Shown here one piece after another: positions 58,283-64,000 of a DNA stretch of 64,000 nt. Each line of letters begins with the position of its first letter. Within the stretch, counting starts at the first letter, position 1. A model generated the notes under the pieces. That model ran no database searches, was not told the DNA's origin, and was given only the letters and a program-made list of their open reading frames with translations. The DNA is taken from IMG/VR virus record IMGVR_UViG_3300044630_001353; one strand, given 5' to 3'. The position numbers were made by a program, and so were the translations under genes. Origin of the DNA: an uncultured virus (IMG/VR IMGVR_UViG_3300044630_001353). Taxonomy: Duplodnaviria; Heunggongvirae; Uroviricota; Caudoviricetes.

Positions 58283-58435
58283 TTTGTTGTACGTTTAAAC
58301 ATGCTTGCAGCGGCTGCCCGGGGAACGCCGTAAACGTTTAAACGCAACATAACCGCTGCCCGGGAACAGGTACTTTAGATGGGTATCTGCTGTCACCTTA
58401 GCCGGCTAGCGTGACAAAATATTTTTGTGCAACGC

Positions 58436-58466
58436 TTGACACAGCCTGAGAAATTGTGTTTATAAT
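58436..58466 (+). promoter_or_regulatory. sigma70-type promoter
   Basis: TTGACA..TATAAT consensus hexamers with a long 19-bp spacer. Confidence 0.55.
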
Positions 58467-58471
58467 TTAAT

Positions 58472-58578
58472 CGTTGCCGTGAGAAGCGACAGATTTAGGC
58501 CACTTAATTCTACTCTCGCCCTTGGTTTTTGCCGCAGGGTTCTCACCGAGGGTAGAGCTAAGTGGCCTTTCTGTTTTT
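58472..58578 (+). ncRNA. candidate pseudoknotted structured RNA
   Basis: Loop gtgagaa pairs with ttctcac; long stem aggccactta..tctactctcg / cgagggtaga..taagtggcct; T-rich tail. Confidence 0.6.
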
Positions 58579-58668
58579 GAGACTAGGACTGTGCAATGGG
58601 TTAGCGCCATTGTGGACTGCCTTTCTATGTTTTGAACACACTGCTTAATGTGAGCAGTTCTAGTCTCA
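58578..58668 (+). ncRNA. candidate multi-stem RNA
   Basis: 14-bp closing stem tgagactaggactg/cagttctagtctca; inner hairpin gcaatgg-gttagcg-ccattgt. Confidence 0.55.
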
Positions 58669-58936
58669 CCCCTCCTACGACAACCGTACTCCACACGATA
58701 GCAAGGGGTAGAAATCTGCCTGCGTGGAAGCAAAGGGTTACGTGGTATGCGCAAGCTAGGGGGCAGTTCCCGAATAATCCACGGTGCTGGTCGTATCTGC
58801 AAGCATAGGGGTCAGCTAACGCTGACATGCAGAAGCTTTAACAAGCGGTGAAACCATCCCTCTCTACTCCTTGGGGTAGGGGGGTCTATGGGTGAAATAT
58901 TAACAAAGCCCCGCCAAGGGGCGTAAAGGAGAGAAG

Positions 58937-59167
58937 ATGGAAACAGTAAAAAAGTACAGTGACTCCAAGAGTTACAGGGACGCGCAAAGAGGTGTTCAGC
59001 ACCAAGGCATCGAGGATGCCACTCAAGAGGGCATCAGGGCTATTGGGTTGCTCCTAGACTTTGACAATGACCTGAGTCCGGTCGCAGAGAAAAAAATACG
59101 GGATATTCTGCGTTTGCTTGTAGTCATCAGGCACAAAAACAGAGTGATCAAGGAGCACAACCCATGA
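58937..59167 (+). CDS. hypothetical protein
   Basis: AAGGAG RBS. Confidence 0.65.
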   Translation: METVKKYSDSKSYRDAQRGVQHQGIEDATQEGIRAIGLLLDFDNDLSPVAEKKIRDILRLLVVIRHKNRVIKEHNP

Positions 59168-59382
59168 AATACAACGCAGAGCAAGTAGCATTTATGTTGG
59201 CCGAGGCCATAGACCAAAACCGTGAGTACCAGTCATGGCACTGCAGTACTCAGCACCTAATGACCCTTGTGGAAAGGGTTGTTGCTGAAGAGCGTGAGGC
59301 GTGTGCAAAGGTATGTGAGGATAGCGTTGAAGAGGCTGGCGATGAATTAGCATGGCAAATCCGAGCAAGGGGCAACTCATGA
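59164..59382 (+). CDS. hypothetical protein (EREACAK family)
   Basis: EREACAKVCE..IRARG. Confidence 0.65.
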   Translation: MKYNAEQVAFMLAEAIDQNREYQSWHCSTQHLMTLVERVVAEEREACAKVCEDSVEEAGDELAWQIRARGNS

Positions 59383-59612
59383 CACAAGCTGAAATCATTG
59401 CAATGCTGAGAGCATCGTGCGACAAAGACAAAGTAGACCCTGAGCAAAATGGCTTTTGGGTAATTCATACTCCAGAACTTGAAGCCTTTGCCAAGTTAAT
59501 AGCACAGCATGAGCGTGAAGCGTGTGCAAAGATTGCAGATGAGTGGGCAGTCGGCTGGCCTCATCCCGCAAAAACTATTGCTTTAGACATCCGAGCAAGG
59601 GGACAAGCATGA
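59379..59612 (+). CDS. hypothetical protein (EREACAK family)
   Basis: EREACAKIAD..IRARG. Confidence 0.65.
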   Translation: MTQAEIIAMLRASCDKDKVDPEQNGFWVIHTPELEAFAKLIAQHEREACAKIADEWAVGWPHPAKTIALDIRARGQA

Positions 59613-59812
59613 AGCAACGTGTTTACACGGTCGGTGTCGGTGATCAGGTCAGACTGGTCAGGGCATCCAACCGCAGGCAAGCCATCGCCCACGTATCACT
59701 GGGCATCATGACCATCAGGGTTGCCACACAGGAGGACATCATTCATCAACTTGACAAAGGAATCCCAATAGAAAACTACACCGCCCCCGAGCAAATTGAA
59801 CTAGAACTTTAA
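59609..59812 (+). CDS. hypothetical protein
   Basis: RLVRASNRRQAIAHV..RVATQED. Confidence 0.65.
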   Translation: MKQRVYTVGVGDQVRLVRASNRRQAIAHVSLGIMTIRVATQEDIIHQLDKGIPIENYTAPEQIELEL

Positions 59813-59830
59813 ACAACGTAGGAGAGAACC

Positions 59831-60133
59831 ATGGACTTTAGAAAATTATTCCGCAGAGAATCACGTCAAACATCCATCGATGCCGCAGAAAGCATCGTGC
59901 CGTCATTAACTGACATCCAAAACGCAGTGTTGCAATATGCCAACACTATGCCTACTGGTTTCACCGATGACCAAATGAATCGTCACTTCCAAACTTATGG
60001 GTCAACGTACCGCACCCGCAGGGCTGAACTCACAGCTAAAAATATAATTGCAGATTCGGGAAAACTCGCTCGACTGCCTAGCGGTCGGAATGCTACAGTT
60101 TGGGTTTTGGCTAAGTATATGGAGAAGTCATGA
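59831..60133 (+). CDS. putative winged-helix DNA-binding protein
   Basis: TSIDAA..GFTDDQ..RTRRAEL..DSG..SGRNATVW. Confidence 0.6.
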   Translation: MDFRKLFRRESRQTSIDAAESIVPSLTDIQNAVLQYANTMPTGFTDDQMNRHFQTYGSTYRTRRAELTAKNIIADSGKLARLPSGRNATVWVLAKYMEKS

Positions 60134-60381
60134 CCCGCAACTACAAGCAAGAATACGCAAACTACGATGGCACAGAGGCTGTGAAAAAGAAACGCGCCCA
60201 ACGCAACAAAGCAAGGCGCATGTTGGAGCGTGAAGGTGTAGTTCACAAAGGCGATGGCAAAGATGTTGACCACAAAAAACCACTGAGCAAAGGTGGGACT
60301 ACGGTCATGAGCAACCTGAAGGCGAAGCCGGCCTCCGCCAACCGTTCGTTTAAACGTAACTCGGACGGCTCGATGAAATGA
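60130..60381 (+). CDS. small HNH endonuclease-like protein
   Basis: DVDHKKPLSKGG..NL..ANRS. Confidence 0.7.
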   Translation: MTRNYKQEYANYDGTEAVKKKRAQRNKARRMLEREGVVHKGDGKDVDHKKPLSKGGTTVMSNLKAKPASANRSFKRNSDGSMK

Positions 60382-62069
60382 CCCCCGCATTTGTGGAGCA
60401 ATTCCATTTCAACGAAACCACTCGGGTGCCCTGCCCGTACTGCTCGCAAGAGCGTAGCAAATCAAATCAAAAAGACATGACGCTGACGCGCAAAGCGGAT
60501 GGTGCAGTCGTATTCCATTGCCATCATTGCCAAACCAGTGGCTCGGTGCAACCAACACAACAACAACTGGAGAGAAAATTGTCAGCAGTCCCACAAACCA
60601 CAATCATTTCCCATAAGCTGGGCGATGCTCATTATGCGTACCTAGCACAGCGGGGCATCTCAGCCGCAACCGCAGACCTGATGAAACTCTTTTCTGCTGA
60701 TAAATATTTCAGCAAGCTAGGGCGTCAATCGGATGCAATAGGGTTCCCTTACTTTCGCAACGGTGCCCTCATTGCCGCCAAGTACCGATCATTCCCTGAC
60801 AAAGACTTTACACAGGACGCAGGCGGGGCACATGATTTCTTTGGCATTGAACACGTCATCAAAGGTCAGCCCATCATCATCGTCGAGGGTGAAATTGATT
60901 GCTTGACGGCGATTGAATGTGGTTTAAACAACGTAGTGTCAGTGCCGGCAGGAGCGCCCATCAAGGTAGCGGACGGCAAAGTTCTACCCTCAGAGGACAA
61001 ACGCTTCTCTTACGTGTGGAATGCGAGGGAGTTATTGGATGCCGCACCGTACGTAATACTTGCAACTGATCAGGATACCGCAGGGCAGGCGTTAGCGGAG
61101 GAGTTAGCTAGACGCATCGGCAAGGAGAAGTGCCGGCTCGCCAAGTTCACGAAAAAGGATTTAAACGAGGTGCACTTGGGTGACCCGTCTCGGACAGGGG
61201 AGGTGCAGGCGATCATCGATGGCGCAACCGCGTACCCGATCAGCGGAATTTCCGACGCAGCAACATACTACGAGCGTTTAAACGATCTCTACACAAAGGG
61301 CACCGGCAAGGGATTCTCAACCGGCTACACCTCGGTTGATGAAATCTACACCGTGGCACCCGCACAGTTAACGGTGGTGACTGGGTACCCAAGCTCGGGT
61401 AAATCAAACTTCATCGATCAGGTCATGGTCAATTTAGCCAACGCCCATGATTGGAAGTTTGCTGTGTGCTCGTTTGAAAACCAGCCTGAAATCCACATCA
61501 GCCGACTCATGGAAATCTACACCCGCAAGCGCTTCTTTGAGGGTAAGGAGCGGATGTCGGAGGCGGAGAAGGAGAGTGCGTTTAAATTCGTTAAGGATCA
61601 TTTTCTTTTCATCGATACCAATGGGGAGGAGCCCAGCACCTTGGACTCCATCCTTGAGCGGGCACGTGCGGCAGTGAAGCGGATGGGTGTACGTGGGCTG
61701 ATCATTGATCCCTACAACTACATTGAGTTGCCCCGCAATGAGGGCACAGAGACAGCGGCAATCAGCGACATGCTGACCCGAGTGCAGAAGTTTTGCAAAG
61801 CGCACGATGTCCACACGTGGTTCATTGCGCACCCCTCTAAGATCACCCGACAGGGCGTTGAACAGCCGCGCCCTGATGGGATGTCCATCGCAGGCAGTAT
61901 GGCGTGGTGGGCGAAGACTGACTGTGGACTCACCGTGCACCGAAAGGATCACCACGTTGAGATCGCAGTTTGGAAGTGTCGTTATCGCTGGGTGGGAACA
62001 CAGGGTGAAACGACGATGCTTTATAACAAAACGGCTGGAACCTACTCGGAGAACCTAGATGCATTCTGA
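60378..62069 (+). CDS. T7 gp4/Twinkle-like primase-helicase
   Basis: CPYC..CHHC Zn domain, TOPRIM IIVEGEID and ATDQDTAG, SF4 helicase TGYPSSGKS, IIDPYN, IAHP. Confidence 0.92.
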   Translation: MTPAFVEQFHFNETTRVPCPYCSQERSKSNQKDMTLTRKADGAVVFHCHHCQTSGSVQPTQQQLERKLSAVPQTTIISHKLGDAHYAYLAQRGISAATADLMKLFSADKYFSKLGRQSDAIGFPYFRNGALIAAKYRSFPDKDFTQDAGGAHDFFGIEHVIKGQPIIIVEGEIDCLTAIECGLNNVVSVPAGAPIKVADGKVLPSEDKRFSYVWNARELLDAAPYVILATDQDTAGQALAEELARRIGKEKCRLAKFTKKDLNEVHLGDPSRTGEVQAIIDGATAYPISGISDAATYYERLNDLYTKGTGKGFSTGYTSVDEIYTVAPAQLTVVTGYPSSGKSNFIDQVMVNLANAHDWKFAVCSFENQPEIHISRLMEIYTRKRFFEGKERMSEAEKESAFKFVKDHFLFIDTNGEEPSTLDSILERARAAVKRMGVRGLIIDPYNYIELPRNEGTETAAISDMLTRVQKFCKAHDVHTWFIAHPSKITRQGVEQPRPDGMSIAGSMAWWAKTDCGLTVHRKDHHVEIAVWKCRYRWVGTQGETTMLYNKTAGTYSENLDAF

Positions 62070-62397
62070 CAGTTTAAACACAACCCCAGAGGGAGGCTCA
62101 GCAGGTGAGCTACCCGTTAACCAGAAACCGCGTTTAAACAAACGCGAAGAAATTGCCCAAGACTTTGATGGCGGTTTGCTTTTTTTAAGTGAGCCGGAAT
62201 ACGATGACGCAATCATTGGGGTTGCGCATAGGATTGGTATGGAGGATGTCGTGGCGTACGATTCCAACAAGGTCTATGAGGTTATCGGCAAGCTGATTAA
62301 CACCGAAGATCACATGGAGATATTCGAATACTTTGAGTTCAACATCTTGGGCGCGTACGTTGGCGAGCGGACACCCGTATTCATTGATGTTGTTTAA
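62059..62397 (+). CDS. hypothetical protein
   Basis: YDDAIIGV..EYFEFNILGAYVGERTP. Confidence 0.7.
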   Translation: MHSDSLNTTPEGGSAGELPVNQKPRLNKREEIAQDFDGGLLFLSEPEYDDAIIGVAHRIGMEDVVAYDSNKVYEVIGKLINTEDHMEIFEYFEFNILGAYVGERTPVFIDVV

Positions 62398-62472
62398 ACG
62401 CTCAGGACATGCAGGACATTAACTCTGCATTATTTACTGACGAAAGTGCGTTTAAACGCTCAACACCAAGCC

Positions 62473-62501
62473 AAAAAAAAGGGAGCGTAACGCTCCCTTT
62501 T
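62473..62501. terminator. bidirectional intrinsic terminator between convergent operons
   Basis: aaaaaaaagggagcg-taa-cgctccctttt. Confidence 0.85.
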
Positions 62502-62512
62502 CAATCCTCGTT

Positions 62513-62752
62513 TTAATCGTTAAGTCGTGCTAAGTAAACGGCTAGGTGCATGACCTTGTTGCGTCCACATAAACGCGGGTATCGGTCGCGGTCAAGTCGG
62601 TAGACTGACCACACACCATTGTTGTAGGTGATGTAGCGCTCTCCGGTCGGTATAAATCGTTCATGGTTGACAAGCTCCAGTAAGTGGTCGTGTTTGTAGG
62701 CGGTTTTAAGGAAGTCGGGCGCGTGATGCGTCACGGTTTTAATCTTGCGCAT
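62513..62752 (-). CDS. hypothetical protein
   Basis: Last ORF of the leftward operon. Confidence 0.6.
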   Translation of the reverse strand: MRKIKTVTHHAPDFLKTAYKHDHLLELVNHERFIPTGERYITYNNGVWSVYRLDRDRYPRLCGRNKVMHLAVYLARLND

Positions 62753-62991
62753 CAGTGCATCTCCTCGCTGGCGGGGTGAAGAAACTTTTCCATTTGATAG
62801 GTAAGCTCGACAACCTCCAGCACCTCCTCTTTAGGTATTTTGTTGGTCACTGCCAGCATCATGGCGGCTTTGAGCAACAGCCCGAGGGTATGCCTACCAT
62901 CGATGCCGTTGCCCTCTGCCCAGCCCACCAGCCCATCGTAGGCACCTGAGAGAGCCTCTAGCTCCTCCGGTGAGGGGTTAATTATTCGCAT
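62752..62991 (-). CDS. hypothetical protein
   Basis: GGAGG RBS; coupled to neighbour. Confidence 0.65.
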   Translation of the reverse strand: MRIINPSPEELEALSGAYDGLVGWAEGNGIDGRHTLGLLLKAAMMLAVTNKIPKEEVLEVVELTYQMEKFLHPASEEMH

Positions 62992-63230
62992 GCGTCCTCC
63001 CGATTCATGTAGCGCACAAGCTCCTGAGCCGCCTCATTATCGGCTAGACCCTGCAGTATTTCAAACATCTGCGGGGCGATGGCAATCAGTCGGGCGTTGG
63101 CTCGCATAGTCGCAACAGGGGTGTTCTTACTGTAGCAGTCGGCAACCATAGGTATTCCATAGTCGCCCTCGTAACCCCACACAGTCAGTCTGCTGACAGA
63201 CCATGGGTAAGTAGTGATGTGTTTAAACAT
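62982..63230 (-). CDS. hypothetical protein (ANARLIAxAP family)
   Basis: HITTYPW..ANARLIAIAPQMFEIL. Confidence 0.7.
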   Translation of the reverse strand: MFKHITTYPWSVSRLTVWGYEGDYGIPMVADCYSKNTPVATMRANARLIAIAPQMFEILQGLADNEAAQELVRYMNREDACE

Positions 63231-63322
63231 TAAGGTCTCCAGTAAAACAGGTCGAGGATGACCACAATCATCCCGATTAAAAGCAGTGCGCGTTCGAGTT
63301 TCTCCCAAGGGGTATGGTTCAT
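63230..63322 (-). CDS. 30-aa membrane peptide
   Basis: MNHTPWEKLERALLLIGMIVVILDLFYWRP; coupled at both ends. Confidence 0.6.
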   Translation of the reverse strand: MNHTPWEKLERALLLIGMIVVILDLFYWRP

Positions 63323-63666
63323 GGTAATTGCACCCCCGCCATTTTGTTTTCCCACCAATCAGGCTCGTAAGGCTCAGCCTCGGTGATGGTGAATTCGCCA
63401 TGGTCGGCTACGACAGGCTCACCCTCAGTGTAGAGGCTGATGCGCTCATCTGCACCGTCATCGATACCGTCCCACTCACCGTCACAAACTAGGAAGGTCA
63501 TGGGCTTGTGGTCGTCATTCCAGTAGCCCTTGCAATACCACAGTTTGCCCAGCCCCACGGTTTCGTCTACAACGAAATTGATAACCCGAAGTCCGTCAAA
63601 GACCTCGACTACCTCGTAGTCCACGCCTGCATCATCCAGCAGGGTATAAAGTTCATTCGGTTTCAT
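63319..63666 (-). CDS. acidic hypothetical protein
   Basis: GGAGG RBS. Confidence 0.65.
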   Translation of the reverse strand: MKPNELYTLLDDAGVDYEVVEVFDGLRVINFVVDETVGLGKLWYCKGYWNDDHKPMTFLVCDGEWDGIDDGADERISLYTEGEPVVADHGEFTITEAEPYEPDWWENKMAGVQLP

Positions 63667-63902
63667 TTCACCACCTCCGAGTCAGTTACGTATTGGTCAG
63701 TCACCACGATGTCCCAGTCACGGTCGCCCAGCGACAGCATGGCTTGGTCGTGTGCGGCATCGAGGCTGGTCGCCTCAACTTCAATCTCAACGTAGCCCTC
63801 TACAGCCACGGTGATGATGAATTTTTGGGTGCGGTTTTGCTCATCGAGCCTGCGCTCGTTAGCAACCCACAGGGCGCTGTTGTGTGCGTCTAGTCCTTGC
63901 AT
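63663..63902 (-). CDS. hypothetical protein
   Basis: VEIEVEATSLDAAHDQA. Confidence 0.65.
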   Translation of the reverse strand: MQGLDAHNSALWVANERRLDEQNRTQKFIITVAVEGYVEIEVEATSLDAAHDQAMLSLGDRDWDIVVTDQYVTDSEVVK

Positions 63903-64000
63903 GTTTAAACACCTCTTAAGAGTTCGATGGGAATAACCAGCGACTGCAAAACATCGCCCTGTTTGTTGTGCACGTAGATGTGCAATTCGCTGTTCTCCAA

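Noticed and set aside
58239..58370. Mini-CRISPR array, given a Cas4-like nuclease nearby
   Set aside because: The repeats are directly adjacent or only two copies, with no spacer series. The nuclease sits in a standard exonuclease-Sak-SSB recombination module.
58578..58672. tRNA gene
   Set aside because: Long closing stem, but no T-loop GTTCRA, D-loop or proper anticodon arm.
58467..58828. Minus-strand ORFs of 111 and 67 aa
   Set aside because: They oppose the promoter and operon direction, have no recognisable motif, and the region is better explained by RNA stems.
1..64000. Prophage/integration module or alternative genetic code
   Set aside because: No integrase or host flanking genes seen; the standard code gives dense, uninterrupted ORFs.

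Overview
The window holds most of a roughly 50% GC tailed dsDNA phage genome with podovirus-like architecture: no tape measure, major tail tube or sheath, but large internal/ejection proteins. Leftward early genes (SprT-like peptidase, MoxR/CobS AAA ATPase and a truncated partner) occupy 1-2560, and 62513-64000 may be the same operon wrapping round. A divergent control region (2570-3260) carries a DnaA-box array. The rightward morphogenesis block (3268-51850) encodes TerS, a LexA-type DNA-binding domain, TerL, portal, GroES, scaffold, major capsid, small basic proteins, adaptors, tail fibres, lysis genes, nozzle, ejection proteins and a 3313-aa polyvalent protein. A leftward block (51828-57663) encodes an RNAP alpha-CTD homologue, SSB, a Sak-type annealing protein and an exonuclease. 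It is followed by RusA, a structured non-coding region (58140-58930) and a T7 gp4-like primase-helicase. No integrase, DNA polymerase, tRNA or CRISPR array was seen. The most unusual signals are: at least 52 copies of the palindrome GTTTAAAC (about 1 expected), also overlapping promoters; an oriC-like phased DnaA-box array; a kissing-loop leader RNA after the capsid gene; a pseudoknotted ncRNA cluster; and recurrent short peptide motifs (xxGG across virion proteins, [KR][YL]S[LV] between polyvalent modules). All product calls come from motif recognition by eye, with no database searches, and several starts were re-assigned using RBS position.
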